Counted from the stretch's first letter, positions 20,472-32,581 are shown. The stretch: 64,000 nucleotides of DNA from an uncultured archaeon (GCA_000965745.1 CP009479.1:1248001-1312000); one strand, 5' to 3'. Notes: generated from the sequence alone by a model not told the origin. Numbers and translations: made by a program.

Positions 20472-22849
20472 ATGGAAAAGAAATCAATAGAGGAAGAGAT
20501 TAAAAAATCCTATCTGGAATACGCCATGAGCGTAATTGTAGGCCGGGCACTGCCAGATGTCAGGGACGGGCTAAAACCTGTCCAGAGGAGGATACTTTAC
20601 GCAATGCATGAACTGGGGTTCACGCATGACAAACCTTACAAGAAGTCAGCAAGGATTGTGGGAGAGACAATGGGTAAATACCATCCACATGGGGACACTG
20701 CCATATACGACACACTTGTCAGGATGGCCCAGAATTTCTCCTTCAGGTATCCGCTCATAGACGGCCAGGGAAATTTTGGGTCTATTGATGGCGACTCCCC
20801 TGCTGCCATGAGATACACTGAAGCCAGGATGACACAGCTTTCTGAGGAAATGCTGGAAGACATCAAGAAGGATACTGTAACATACCACCTGAATTTTGAC
20901 GGCTCACTCGAGGAACCTGATTTCCTCCCTGGAAAAGTGCCGCAGCTGCTCGTGAACGGTGCCTCCGGAATTGCTGTCGGAATGGCAACCAACATGCTCC
21001 CACATAACCTCAACGAGGTTTCGGATGCCATTATCCATGAAATAGACAACCCGGGCGCTTCAGTTGAAGACCTGCTTAATCACGTAAAGGCACCCGATTT
21101 TCCGGGGGCTGGTATTGTATTTTATACGCCTGAACTTGTAAATTCATACAAAACCGGAAGGGGCAAAGCAATCGTTCAGGGTGAAGTGGACCTCAACGAA
21201 AGCAGAAATATAATAATAACAAGCCTTCCCTACGGCGTCAACAAGGCACTTTTCATAGAAAATGTCGCAAACCAGGCAAAGCAGGAAGTTCTTAAGGGAA
21301 TCACCGACATCAGGGATGAAAGTGACAGGGACGGGATGAGGGTAGTCATCAAGGTCAGGGATGACGACATGAAGTCCCTGGTACTGAACCAGCTTTATGA
21401 ACATACTCAGCTCGAGACTTCAATAGGGATCATAAACCTGGCTCTGGTAAATAATGAGCCCAAGGTCCTGACGCTCAAGTCGATGGTGGAAATCTTCATA
21501 GACCATCGGCTCGAAATGATTCTGAAGAGATCGGAATACGATCTCGGGAAGCTCAAGCAGAGGGAGCATATCCTTCTCGGACTGAAAATTGCCCTCGACA
21601 ACCTGGACGACGTGATCGCATTAATAAAGGGCTCCAAAGACACTCCTGCCGCCAGAAAAGGTCTCATGGAGAGATTCGAGCTCACAGAGGAGCAGTCAAA
21701 TGCAATTCTTGAGATGAGGCTCCAGAGAATAACAGCCCTGGAGACTGAAAAGGTTCTGAAGGAGCTACAGGAGGTCAGAAAGGATATATCCAGGCTGGAG
21801 AAGATAGTCGAGAGCGACAGGGAGAGAAGAAAGATCCTCAAGAAAGAGCTCGAGTACCTGAAGAAAAAATACGGAGACGCAAGAAGGACAAAAATATCAT
21901 TCAGGGAGATCAAGGACAGATCGGTGGAGGACCTTATCCCTAAGGAAGAGGCACTGGTCGTCCTGAGTGAAGGTGGCCTTCTCAAGAGGCTTTCCCCGGA
22001 AGAATACAGGGCTCAGAGAAGGGGCGGAAAAGGAATAATCACTTCAAGCAGAAAAGAGGATTTCACAAAGACTGTAATAGCCTGCCCACCCATGATTCCG
22101 TTTATTTCTTCACCAACACTGGAAGGGTTCTAAAGACGAAAGCTTACGAGATACCAAAGAAAACAAGGAAAACAGTTGGAACAGTTGCAGAAGCCATAAT
22201 ACCTTTGATGGAGAGCGAAAAAGTAACACAGGTAATGAAGGCCCCTGAAAAGAAGGGGGAACACCTTATAATGCTCACAAAGAACGGTTTTATAAAGAAG
22301 ACTCCCGCAAAGCACCTCTTTGAAATGAGGGTGTCCGGCCTAAAGATCATCACTCTTGGCGAGGACGACGAGCTTATTGCCGTTGAGCACACCGAGAAAC
22401 CCGCAAAGATGTTCGTCGTTTCCAGCGCCGGCAAAGCATCACTGTTTGATACAAACGAAGTGAGGAGCACCGGCAGGACTTCCAGGGGCGTGAAGGCAAT
22501 AAGGCTCAAGAACCACGACTACACAATTTCCGGTTTCCTGGTCACACTGGAGTCCAGTGTCCTGAGCGTTTCAGAGAAAGGCATCGGGAAGAGAACAAAG
22601 GCAAAGGAGTTCCCAATGCACCATAGGGGAACCACCGGAGTCTATGTTTTCAAGGAAAGCACAAGGACAGGCCGCCTTGTCAAGGCACTTCCGGTGAGTG
22701 AAGAGGATGAAATTCTCATAGTTTCGAGGCTGGAAAAGACAATAAGGCTCAGGGTGAGCGACATAAGGGAGCAGTCCCGCCTCACTTCGGGAGTAATATT
22801 GATTGACCTTTCAGAGGGAGACAGCGTCATAGCGGCAACTGTCCTCTGA
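20472..22849 (+). CDS. gyrA: DNA gyrase subunit A with a 1-nt frameshift near 22085
   Basis: [28 protein letters not shown], GyrA-box QRRGGKG in 20472-22133; C-terminal pinwheel repeats continue in another frame ([14 protein letters not shown]... into ORF 22205-22849). Confidence 0.95.
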
Positions 22850-22888
22850 GGCCAACAATTATTATATTTTACATCCAAATCAGATTCC

Positions 22889-23893
22889 GTGAACATCTCT
22901 TTAATCGGAATTGGCAACGTTGGAAAAAGGGTCCTTGAGATAATACGCGACGCTCAGTCCGGACTCAGGGAGCGGTCCGGCGAATCAATAAAAGTGATAT
23001 CGGCAAGCGATTCCAGGCATACGGTATATTCGGAAAATGGAATGGACGTCAGCAGGGTTCTTGAGGCAAAGTCCCGGGGAGACATAAGGAAATCCGGGTA
23101 CAGGGAGCTTGTATTCGATGAAATTTTTTCACTGAAAACGGAAGCGATTGTTGATGTGGCTTCAGCCACTCCGGACGGCATTGCAGGGAGGGACCTCTAC
23201 CTCAAGGCTTTCGGGGCAGGCAAGGATATTGTTACCGCAAACAAGTCACCACTGGCCCTTCACTGGGAACAGATAATGGACGAATGCAAGCAGGCAGGGA
23301 GAAGGATAAGGTTCGAGTCAACAGTCGCTGGCGGGGTGCCTCTTTTTAACCTGAGGGACTTCTCAATAATCCCGTCAGAGGTTCTCCAGTTCAGGGGTGT
23401 TGTGAGCTCTTCCGTGAATATTATTCTTAACGACATAATAAATGGCAGGAGCTTCGAATCATCAGTTGAATACGCCATAAAACAGGGAATTGCAGAGACC
23501 AACTACCATGACGACACCTTGGGCCTTGATGCCGCAAGAAAGACGGTTATACTTGCAAACGCACTCTTTGGCACCAATCTCACATTAAACGACATACAGT
23601 ATGAAGGTGTTGAGGGGAATATGGACAAGGTCAGTTCACTAAAGGGCAAAGGGGGCCTGTACAGGGTCGTTTCCAGCATAAGGAAGGAAGGCTCACGCAC
23701 TTCAGTATTCTCAGGGATTGAGGAAATCGGGGAAAAGGATCCTCTTAGAGCCCTGGGAAACGAATCGCTGGGCTATACCATGCGCACAGACATGAATGGG
23801 GAAGTACTGGTGGTTGGCCTGGAAGACACACCGCTGGAGACTGCATCCGGAGTTGTCAATGATATTGCACTTCTGGCAAAAACCAGGGCGTGA
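22889..23893 (+). CDS. hom: Homoserine dehydrogenase
   Basis: GIGNVG, VTANKSPLA, FESTVAGGVP, GLDAARK. Confidence 0.9.
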   Translation: MNISLIGIGNVGKRVLEIIRDAQSGLRERSGESIKVISASDSRHTVYSENGMDVSRVLEAKSRGDIRKSGYRELVFDEIFSLKTEAIVDVASATPDGIAGRDLYLKAFGAGKDIVTANKSPLALHWEQIMDECKQAGRRIRFESTVAGGVPLFNLRDFSIIPSEVLQFRGVVSSSVNIILNDIINGRSFESSVEYAIKQGIAETNYHDDTLGLDAARKTVILANALFGTNLTLNDIQYEGVEGNMDKVSSLKGKGGLYRVVSSIRKEGSRTSVFSGIEEIGEKDPLRALGNESLGYTMRTDMNGEVLVVGLEDTPLETASGVVNDIALLAKTRA

Positions 23894-24119
23894 CATCATT
23901 AATCATTTGCAGATGTTCCAATGAAACAGTAAAATAGTATGCCGGGATTAATACTCGATGTTCTGTTGTTTCAGTAACACACACAGGCAGAATGGCCACA
24001 CAGGGAAGAAAAATACAGTGAGTAGGACTTGTATCATTCGATTGACATAAGAAAGCAAGGGGCGATAATTTCTGGACGTTTACAATAAGGCACAAGAGAG
24101 TCTGTCCAGCCATACATCA

Positions 24120-25070
24120 GTGAGATCTTATGAGATTCCCATAAGAATCCGGGCGCTTAAAACAGCCAACATATATGTGGTTGAGACAGAAAGCAGGAAA
24201 ATACTTGTAGACTCGGGCATGGGGCCGGAAGTTGACAATTTTCTGAAATTCTCCGGCGAAGATGCAAAGACATTCGATCTGATTATTCTGAGTCATTTGC
24301 ATATAGACCATATCGGGGGTGCAGTTCACCTCAGATCCAAGTACGGCATTCCGGTCGGTATGGGTGCTGGAGACATAGACCTGATGAACAGGATAAAGGG
24401 CGATCCAAACTGGTTTGAGAAGAGCTATACCGGGCAGCTCAAAGAAAACGGCATGCCGGAAGCCCTGCTGAACAAATACACGAGGGAGACCCCAATCATG
24501 AGGGAGATCGACTACTACCAGAATTTTGAAGTTGACGAGAGGCTTGACGGCAATTACAGTCTTGGCACGAAAACCGGAATAAAGCTCATAGATGTTCCCG
24601 GGCACTCTCCCGGCTCAATATGTGTGTATCTGCCCAATGAGAAGACAATCTTCACGGGAGACCATGTTCTCCGGAATATAAGCCCGAACATCAGCAAATA
24701 TGTCGGGATAAGGGACTCACTTGGCAGTTACCTGTCCAGCCTGGAGAAACTTGCAGATCTTGAGACAGAATATGTCCTCCCGGGCCATGGAATGCCATTC
24801 AATTCTCTTCATGACAGGGTTTCTGACCTGATATCCCACCACAGGGCAAGGCTGGATGAGATAATTGAGATTGACAGAGACTGGTATTCCGCATACGAAA
24901 TTGCAGGAAGAATGAAATGGAGCAAGGGCAGGAGCATGGATTCTATGAACACGATGGAGACAATATTCGCCGTTGGTGAAGCCACTTCGCACCTCGAAAG
25001 GCTGGAAGAAGAGGGGAAAGTAAAGGCCACTGACAGAGATGGAGTGAAACTTTACAAGACCTCCACCTGA
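24120..25070 (+). CDS. MBL-fold metallo-hydrolase
   Basis: SHLHIDHIGG, PGHSPG, TGDHVL, PGHG. Confidence 0.9.
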   Translation: MRSYEIPIRIRALKTANIYVVETESRKILVDSGMGPEVDNFLKFSGEDAKTFDLIILSHLHIDHIGGAVHLRSKYGIPVGMGAGDIDLMNRIKGDPNWFEKSYTGQLKENGMPEALLNKYTRETPIMREIDYYQNFEVDERLDGNYSLGTKTGIKLIDVPGHSPGSICVYLPNEKTIFTGDHVLRNISPNISKYVGIRDSLGSYLSSLEKLADLETEYVLPGHGMPFNSLHDRVSDLISHHRARLDEIIEIDRDWYSAYEIAGRMKWSKGRSMDSMNTMETIFAVGEATSHLERLEEEGKVKATDRDGVKLYKTST

Positions 25071-25075
25071 ATAAT

Positions 25076-25873
25076 TTATTCCTTCAACATTCCATAATCA
25101 TGATCCGAAAGCTCAAATTCCATTGCTTCCACAAATTGCATTATATGCTCTTTACTGGAGGATTTTGGTATGGGTATTGAACGTTTCATCAGGTAGTTGA
25201 GTGCAACGGAAACAGGGCTGTGACTGATATTCTCAGCTAATCTGTTGAGGGATTTCAAACTCTTCAGGTTCCCCCGGTTGATTGGTGAATAAGCAATTAT
25301 CCTCACATTGTTCTCTTCGCAGTACGGGATTATGTCTGATTCACACTTCCTCTTCACGATGCTGTATTCAATCTGGTTGGCAACTATTTCATGGCGGGAT
25401 GCATTTTCCATGGCTTCCTGAACCTCATTCACGTCAAAGTTGCTTACTCCTATATTCTTTACAAGGCCCTGGTCCACGAGCTCTTCCATGGCTCCCAGGG
25501 TTTCCCTCAGAGGCACGGACCTGTTGGGCCAGTGGATCAGGTAAAGGTCAATATATGGTGTATCGAGCCTCGACAGGCTCCCTCTTGCAGCCTTTATGAC
25601 TTCGTCGTGCCTGAGATGATTGTGCCAGACCTTGGTCGTAACGAAAACATCTTCCCTTGGAACGTCTCTTATCGCCTTTCCCACAAGCTCCTCGGAATGC
25701 CCGGCTGAATATACTTCCGCCGTATCTATGAACGTGATGCCCTGGTCAATTGCGAATTTCAAAGCCTCGATGTGTTCCCTGTCGTGCCTGTTATCCGCTG
25801 CGCTTGTGCCGCCAATGCCCCAGGTGCCAATTCCAACAGGCGATACCTTGCGCCCTGCAATTTCACGAATCAT
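25076..25873 (-). CDS. Aldo/keto reductase
   Basis: GIGTW, IDTAEVY, DLYLIHWP, IGVSNF, IPKSS. Confidence 0.93.
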   Translation of the reverse strand: MIREIAGRKVSPVGIGTWGIGGTSAADNRHDREHIEALKFAIDQGITFIDTAEVYSAGHSEELVGKAIRDVPREDVFVTTKVWHNHLRHDEVIKAARGSLSRLDTPYIDLYLIHWPNRSVPLRETLGAMEELVDQGLVKNIGVSNFDVNEVQEAMENASRHEIVANQIEYSIVKRKCESDIIPYCEENNVRIIAYSPINRGNLKSLKSLNRLAENISHSPVSVALNYLMKRSIPIPKSSSKEHIMQFVEAMEFELSDHDYGMLKE

Positions 25874-25980
25874 GATGGGATAGCATGTGAAGGCTGATAT
25901 TTCAATTTAGGCTATATTCTCATTTTTCATCAGGTTAATGAACCTCCCGGCCCTACCATCATGGCACAGGTGCAAGATAT

Positions 25981-28365
25981 ATGGCCAGGGCATTCGGAAA
26001 GCCAGGAATTGAACCAAAATGGACTCATGGAAACAAGGACGGCATAGGGACTGCATACCATTCAAGCAGCCAGATCTGGTTTACCATATGGAATGGAATT
26101 CTAACTGAGATATACTACCCGACAGTGGACAAACCACAGGTGAGAGACCTGCAATACCTCATCTCTGATGGGAAGGGACTGTTCCACGAAGAGAAGGTCG
26201 ACCTGGTGCACAGGATTGAAAAGATCCATATGGACGGCCTCGCATACAGGATCACAAACACAGATCCAGACGGAAGGTATGAGATCAGGAAGGAAATAAT
26301 ATCCGACCCGCACTCTTCTGTTATTCTCCAGCATACGTCCATAGACGGCAAGGAGGACTTTCTCAGAAGAATGAGCCTCTACGTCCTGTGTGCACCCCAC
26401 CTGGACGTTGGCGGCTGGTCAAACAACGGCAGCACTGTAAGGATAAACGGCAGGGATGTGCTTCTGGCGGAGAAGAACGGGACTTACCTTGCGATATCCG
26501 CATCGGTGCCGTTCAAAAAGGTATCCTGCGGATACGTCGGACAAAGCGATGGCTGGACAGACATATCGCAGAACCACCGCATGACATACGAGTTCAACTC
26601 CTCGGAGGATGGAAACATTGCCCTTACGGGGGAGATTGACCTGTCAGCATCCAGGGAATTTGTACTGGGAGCATCACTTGGAGACAGCATGCACAGTGCA
26701 GTGACAAGGCTTTTCCAGGCATTGTCCATGGATTTCAAAGAAAGCAGGAAAAGATATTTCCAGCAATGGGAAAGGGGCCTGAGCAGGGTGGTGCCGCTTG
26801 AGGAATTATCCTCTGACGGAGGGAAGCTTTACAGGTCCTCGTACAGCATACTCCTTGCACATGAAGACAAGACCTACGAAGGGTCGGTCATCGCATCATT
26901 GTCAATTCCATGGGGCGAGGTGGCAGGAGACAACGACAGAGGGGGCTACCACCTTGTCTGGACAAGAGACCTGTACAACAGTGCTACTGCCGCTCTTGCG
27001 GCGGGAAACAGGGAGCTTCCATTGAGGGCTCTCATATATCTTTCAGTATCCCAGCTTGACGATGGCGGATTCGCACAGAATTTCTGGATAGACGGAACTC
27101 CATACTGGCACGGCGTCCAGCTTGACGAAGCTGCTTTTCCCATAATACTTGCGTGGAAACTGAGGTCTGAGAACGCACTGAGGACTTTTGATCCATACAC
27201 AATGGTCCTGGAAGCCGCTGCCTTTATCGTGAAGAATGGGCCGGCTACACAGCAGGAGAGATGGGAGGAGGCATCAGGATACTCACCATCCACAATAGCA
27301 TCAAACATTGCAGCTTTAGTATGTGCCGCATCGTTTGCCAGGGATGGTGGGGACCAGGCCACCGCAACATACCTGGAAGAATACGCAGACTTTCTGGAGT
27401 GCCACATTGAATCCTGGACTGTTACAACACAAGGGACCCTTGTCCCGGGAATACCGCGCCATTTCATCAGGATACGGCCGGCAAGTGTTCCCGACGGGGT
27501 TCCGGATGAGGACCCAAACACCGGCACTCTCCACATCAACAATATCTCGCCAGAGGAAACTTCCGACTTTTCTTCAAAGGACATTGTCGACGGCGGATTC
27601 CTGGAATTTGTCAGATACGGCATCCGAAAGGCTGATGACACTGTAATCCTCGACTCAATAAAGGTCATAGACAATATTCTGAAGGTCGACACGCCATACG
27701 GTCCGGTATGGCACAGGTACAACCATGACGGCTACGGCCAGAGAGACGACGGCTCAGCCTATCAGGGTTGGGGAAGGGGCAGGGCATGGCCTCTGTTGAC
27801 AGGCGAGAGGGGGCATTATGAAATTTCGGCCGGGAACTCCCCTGACAGTTTTATCAAGGCCATGGAGAATTTTGCATCGCATACCATGATGATTCCGGAA
27901 CAGGTGTGGGACAAGCCGGATTTTACCGAAAGGCACTTGCATCTCGGAAGGGCAACCGGGTCCGCCAGGCCTCTTGTGTGGGCTCATGCAGAGTACATCA
28001 AGCTTCTGAGGTCCGCAAGGGAGGGGAAACCGTACGACAGGATCGACATTGTTGAAAACAGGTACATCACGGATCGTTCAGCATGCAGGAAATTTGAGGT
28101 GTGGAAACACAATAGAAGAATCGGAAAAATAGGTGAAGGCCTCACTCTGAGGATACAGGCTGACAGGCCCTTTACCCTCCACTGGTCAAACGACAGCTGG
28201 AAAACGCAGAACGATTCGGATTCCAATGCAACAGGGCTTTCAGTGTATTACACGGATATACAGCCCGCGGACCTTGAAGCAGGATCAGTAAAATTCACGT
28301 TCAGATGGTCCGATGACGGGAGCTGGGAAGGGCATGACCATGAAATACTTGTCAACAAGGATTGA
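25981..28365 (+). CDS. GH15 glucoamylase with glucodextranase-type N-terminal domain
   Basis: GYHLVWTRD, QLDE, QERWEE, WPLLTGERG, MIPEQVWD, PLVWAHAEY. Confidence 0.92.
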   Translation: MARAFGKPGIEPKWTHGNKDGIGTAYHSSSQIWFTIWNGILTEIYYPTVDKPQVRDLQYLISDGKGLFHEEKVDLVHRIEKIHMDGLAYRITNTDPDGRYEIRKEIISDPHSSVILQHTSIDGKEDFLRRMSLYVLCAPHLDVGGWSNNGSTVRINGRDVLLAEKNGTYLAISASVPFKKVSCGYVGQSDGWTDISQNHRMTYEFNSSEDGNIALTGEIDLSASREFVLGASLGDSMHSAVTRLFQALSMDFKESRKRYFQQWERGLSRVVPLEELSSDGGKLYRSSYSILLAHEDKTYEGSVIASLSIPWGEVAGDNDRGGYHLVWTRDLYNSATAALAAGNRELPLRALIYLSVSQLDDGGFAQNFWIDGTPYWHGVQLDEAAFPIILAWKLRSENALRTFDPYTMVLEAAAFIVKNGPATQQERWEEASGYSPSTIASNIAALVCAASFARDGGDQATATYLEEYADFLECHIESWTVTTQGTLVPGIPRHFIRIRPASVPDGVPDEDPNTGTLHINNISPEETSDFSSKDIVDGGFLEFVRYGIRKADDTVILDSIKVIDNILKVDTPYGPVWHRYNHDGYGQRDDGSAYQGWGRGRAWPLLTGERGHYEISAGNSPDSFIKAMENFASHTMMIPEQVWDKPDFTERHLHLGRATGSARPLVWAHAEYIKLLRSAREGKPYDRIDIVENRYITDRSACRKFEVWKHNRRIGKIGEGLTLRIQADRPFTLHWSNDSWKTQNDSDSNATGLSVYYTDIQPADLEAGSVKFTFRWSDDGSWEGHDHEILVNKD

Positions 28366-28403
28366 AGCAGAAACAGCATGTCGGTGGAAAAGAGTATTGT
28401 GCA

Positions 28404-29882
28404 CTAATCCGTCGTCTCTGATGTATTTGTGAACAGGAAAGCATTCACCGGAATTTTGTTCCTGGTAAACCTGTCAGCATTAAGTGAGATGTTGGTGCTG
28501 AGCCACATAACCGGCAGGGTGAATCCCCAGAGGAGGAGGCTGAACTGAAGCTGCTGCCCCATCCCGAATTCCGGCCATATAACGGTAAGCCCTATGGCGC
28601 TAATGTAGAATACCACTATCGCCAGCATGCTGAACATCATCGTGATGAATTCAAGATAAAGCATCCTGACCTCATTTTCATTGCCTTTGAATACCATCCC
28701 GGAAAGGATTCCGGAAGCCACAGAAACTACTCCCATCACCGAGAATACGAGGGAACTGTTGACAGTGGGCAGTGTTATCTGCGGAACATACCATATGAAC
28801 ATGCCTATGGATGATAGCGCCACAAGGAGATAGGTGAGCACGACGGGCATTTTCCTTTTCACAGGCAGGACCCGGTTTACAAGATACACAACAAATATGC
28901 CGTAAACAAACATCAATATATTGACGCTGGAAAATACGGCCAGATTACTCTGCAGCGACAGGTAAACGACATAGGTGCTGTATACGGGTACGGCAATCAG
29001 TGATATTATCATGGAAAACATGAACCAGCCGCTTTCGGTAACCTTCCATATTGAATCAAGAAGCCTGACCCTCTTGCCCTTGAGGTAGAACTTGATCAGC
29101 AGGATATCGGTCAGAAGAAGGAACACAATGCTCTCACTTATAAGCGGTATTATCGCAGTGAACAGAATTGCAGCTATTGCGGAAGGGAAGGAGGCGGTTA
29201 TGCCTTCACACTGGCAGCTGAGAACAGTAACTGCATTGCTGACCGTCTTCCTGACGCTACCAGAGCCCTTGAAGCTCAGGAGCTTGAAAATCAGGTAGTA
29301 ATTTTCAGTAAGCACCACGGAGAGCACAGTGAAAAGGGTTACAATGGGAACACTTACAGAGAGTATGAAGTACCGGGAATAGAAGACTATTCCATCCGTG
29401 AACATCAGGGGAACTCCGCCGGGAAGGACATCATCATATATGGATCCAAAGGCCATTGCGTAACTCGGTGGACCTGTATCCATTCTCAGGGAACTCCCGA
29501 GAATGAACATCGCAAATATCACGCCTATGAACGCAGCAAGCTTGGAAACTGTCCTCCTGCTGAAACCCACGGTTCTGGAAAAGTATGCAAGTGATGAAAT
29601 CAAGGATACTGCTGAAAAGGGAAGTAGTGAGAAATAGGGGATTGTTGCAACAAAAAGCAGGGAATACACGGTGATCAGGACTCCGATTATGTAAATCTCA
29701 GCCTCCCTGTACACGGTAAGGAAAATTGAGGCAACTGTAAGCAGAGCAATTATGATCGGAGGAACATACATCTGGGAAGCGAGTATTGGGTCAACGTAAA
29801 CGAGCCCAAGTTTAATCCCGAAGAAGAAAAGCATCAGGTATGAAGCGAGGGATACGACAGCATAGAACAAGGAGCTCTTCAT
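28404..29882 (-). CDS. Polytopic membrane protein with SCQCE motif (paralogue of 42736-44217)
   Basis: Many hydrophobic segments; LTENY...VTxLSCQCE...FP and IWPEFG are shared with the paralogue. Confidence 0.8.
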   Translation of the reverse strand: MKSSLFYAVVSLASYLMLFFFGIKLGLVYVDPILASQMYVPPIIIALLTVASIFLTVYREAEIYIIGVLITVYSLLFVATIPYFSLLPFSAVSLISSLAYFSRTVGFSRRTVSKLAAFIGVIFAMFILGSSLRMDTGPPSYAMAFGSIYDDVLPGGVPLMFTDGIVFYSRYFILSVSVPIVTLFTVLSVVLTENYYLIFKLLSFKGSGSVRKTVSNAVTVLSCQCEGITASFPSAIAAILFTAIIPLISESIVFLLLTDILLIKFYLKGKRVRLLDSIWKVTESGWFMFSMIISLIAVPVYSTYVVYLSLQSNLAVFSSVNILMFVYGIFVVYLVNRVLPVKRKMPVVLTYLLVALSSIGMFIWYVPQITLPTVNSSLVFSVMGVVSVASGILSGMVFKGNENEVRMLYLEFITMMFSMLAIVVFYISAIGLTVIWPEFGMGQQLQFSLLLWGFTLPVMWLSTNISLNADRFTRNKIPVNAFLFTNTSETTD

Positions 29883-29972
29883 TGAACGCTACTTGATTTT
29901 CTGAAGTTATAAGTACGTTGCTGAATCCGGTCCTGGATCAAGTTCTTAATGGAAGCAACATTCACATTACCC

Positions 29973-30428
29973 ATGTCACGCGTTTTACTGGAAACAAATT
30001 CGGGCGATATCGAGGTTGAGCTTTTCGAGGACACAATGCCTGTCACAGCAGGCAACTTCAGGAAACTGGTTGAAAAAGGATTCTACAACGGCGTAATATT
30101 TCACAGGGTGATCCCCGGTTTTGTAATTCAGGGGGGTGATCCCACAGGTACAGGCATGGGCGGTCCGGGTTACTCAATAAAGGATGAATTCACAAAAAAT
30201 AACAAGAATGACAGGGGGACCCTTTCAATGGCAAATGCAGGGCCGAACACAGGAGGGAGCCAGTTCTTCATAAACCTTGCCAACAACAATTTCCTTGACG
30301 ACAAGCACCCTGTCTTCGGAAAGGTGACCAGGGGACTGGACGTTGTCGACAGCATAGCAAAAACCCAGACCGACAGAAACGACAAGCCCAAGGAAAAGAT
30401 GTTCATCAAGGAAGCAAGGATGCTGTGA
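29973..30428 (+). CDS. Cyclophilin-type peptidyl-prolyl isomerase
   Basis: [42 protein letters not shown]. Confidence 0.96.
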   Translation: MSRVLLETNSGDIEVELFEDTMPVTAGNFRKLVEKGFYNGVIFHRVIPGFVIQGGDPTGTGMGGPGYSIKDEFTKNNKNDRGTLSMANAGPNTGGSQFFINLANNNFLDDKHPVFGKVTRGLDVVDSIAKTQTDRNDKPKEKMFIKEARML

Positions 30429-30533
30429 GGGATCCTCCATTACTCATACTTTCCCTTAACCTTATGGATTTCCGGATTGGCTCTTATCGAGCACATAATA
30501 AAATTAATAAGACAGGTTCAACTAGAATTCCCG

Positions 30534-32174
30534 ATGAAAAACCTTTTTTCTGAACTTTTTCTCTCAAAGGGAGTAAATTATTTTACAGGGGACAAGCCGC
30601 TCAAGTCAATTCTTGACTTCTTCGGCCTGGGCGATAAGCTGGATCTTGCGGAAATGGGGAAGTATGTGTCAGAAGAATTGATCGAGCTTCTGGATTTCAT
30701 AGACCATAGTGCCAAGCCGATGCTGCACACCTGGAGTGCATTGGGTGAAAGGATCGATTACGTGCGCCTGTCTCCAGATCATTACAACGCCCTTATAGAG
30801 CTGCAGAAAATGGGCGTTATTGGAAGCATGTTTTCCCCCTCAAACTCCCTGATGCAGCATTTTCTCTCGGGTTACATAATTTCGGATTCAGGGATATTCT
30901 GTACATTGACCCTTACAGCCCAGACTGCATACGCAGTTGACAAGTATGCAGATGAGCCGATAAGAAGCAAGTTCATGAAGCTGTTCCTCGATGAGAACAA
31001 CCCTTGGTTTGGCGCCACTTTTTACACCGAGACACAGGGTGGAAGCGACCTTGGTGCAAACCTGACCGTCGCTTCCCGGAAGGATGGCTGGTATTACCTT
31101 TCTGGAACAGACAAATATTTCGCGAGCAACGCCGGAGTTGCCGACCTTGCCGTCGTAACAGCACGTGTAGAGGGTTCCCACGAGGGGGCGAAGGGAATAT
31201 CCGTTTTTCTTGTCCCCGCGTATCTCGATGATGGAAGCCAGAACTACAGGATCAGGAGAATAAAGGACAAGTTGGGTACTACAGCAGTTCCTACTGGTGA
31301 AGTCGAATTTGAAAACTCGAAAGCCTACCTACTGGGCGATTCTCCTGAAGGCATCTATATTGCAATGGAGATCCTTACAATATCCAGAATAGACGACGCA
31401 ATTGCCGCAGTGGGAATGGCGAGAAAAGCTCTGTGGGAGGCAGTAAGGTTTGCAGACAGAAGAACTGCTTTCGGAAAGAGGGTTATAGAGCAACCCCTGA
31501 TGATCAAGGATCTGGCAGAGCGTGAAGCTGAACTTGAGGCAGCCCTTGTTGTATCACTTCTGTCCGCCCTGAAATTCAACTCAGCAAAGGGCAGGAAACC
31601 TCCGTACGATGATGAATATCAGTATGCGAGGCTCCTCAGCAGCATGGCCAAGAACATGGCCTCAGACACCAGTGCGGAAATCACCAGATATGCAATGGAA
31701 ATAGAAGGCGGGATAGGTTTTCTCGAGGAATTTCCAATGGCCAAGTTCCACAGGGATTCCATCGTTACCTCAATATGGGAAGGGACCAGCAATATTCAGG
31801 CACTGGAATTCCTTGAGGTATTGGCGAGGAAGAACGGCTCACAGCTCTTATTCTCCGATCTGGAGCGGAACATCGGGGCAATCAGGGACAGCAACGCGTC
31901 CGAAGTGCTGAACGAGCAACTTCTGAGACTAAAGGGAAGGGTGAAGCAGATGCTCTCATCAGACAACCCTCAGTTCTTCTCGAAGGACGTCCTCAGGGAA
32001 TCCGGTTTACTGCTGGCTGCGGTATACATGTTCCGGATAGGTGAATCGGGGACTGGTGATTCAGCACTGATGTTGAAAAGTGCCGAAATTTTTGCGAGGC
32101 GCCATTTCAGGCCGGATGACCCCGAGCTTGAGAATCTCATAATGTTGTCAGGATTGTTTGACTGGATGAGGTGA
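30534..32174 (+). CDS. Acyl-CoA dehydrogenase family protein (AidB-like)
   Basis: TETQGGSDL, KDKLG...PTGEVE, R.AFGK, GGIGF, SIWEGTSNI. Confidence 0.88.
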   Translation: MKNLFSELFLSKGVNYFTGDKPLKSILDFFGLGDKLDLAEMGKYVSEELIELLDFIDHSAKPMLHTWSALGERIDYVRLSPDHYNALIELQKMGVIGSMFSPSNSLMQHFLSGYIISDSGIFCTLTLTAQTAYAVDKYADEPIRSKFMKLFLDENNPWFGATFYTETQGGSDLGANLTVASRKDGWYYLSGTDKYFASNAGVADLAVVTARVEGSHEGAKGISVFLVPAYLDDGSQNYRIRRIKDKLGTTAVPTGEVEFENSKAYLLGDSPEGIYIAMEILTISRIDDAIAAVGMARKALWEAVRFADRRTAFGKRVIEQPLMIKDLAEREAELEAALVVSLLSALKFNSAKGRKPPYDDEYQYARLLSSMAKNMASDTSAEITRYAMEIEGGIGFLEEFPMAKFHRDSIVTSIWEGTSNIQALEFLEVLARKNGSQLLFSDLERNIGAIRDSNASEVLNEQLLRLKGRVKQMLSSDNPQFFSKDVLRESGLLLAAVYMFRIGESGTGDSALMLKSAEIFARRHFRPDDPELENLIMLSGLFDWMR

Positions 32175-32197
32175 CCCGCCTCAACAGTGTTCACATA

Positions 32198-32581
32198 TTA
32201 TCGGAGCCTCAGATTCAGGTATGGCTCCAGGGACATCAGCAGCTTGTTCCCGGCCTTGTTTATGTGCTCCTGCATGGTGGACTTCGAAACTCCATGGATC
32301 GTTGCAGCCATTCTGATGGTTGAGTTTCTGACAGAACACATGCACCCCATCATTACAGTGAGCCTCCCTCCATGGAGATTCCTGTGGGTCAGGCTGCTGT
32401 GAAGCTCATCTGCAAGCTGTCTTATCTTTTCTTCCGCCCGGGAAAGAACATGATCGCGGCCGTATATTTCAAGATAGCCGACTAGCGAACTGCACCACCT
32501 GTAAATTCTCAATTCCGGAAACATCGAGGACAGTTCTGCAAACGGAAGCCTGTTCGAAAGTCTCATCTCAAGTTCGTACAT
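32198..32581 (-). pseudogene. Bat-type HTH regulator with probable internal in-frame deletion
   Basis: C-terminal GVSKSTMQEHINKA recognition helix joined directly to the N-terminal domain; the preceding helix-containing segment usual in this family is missing. Confidence 0.55.
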
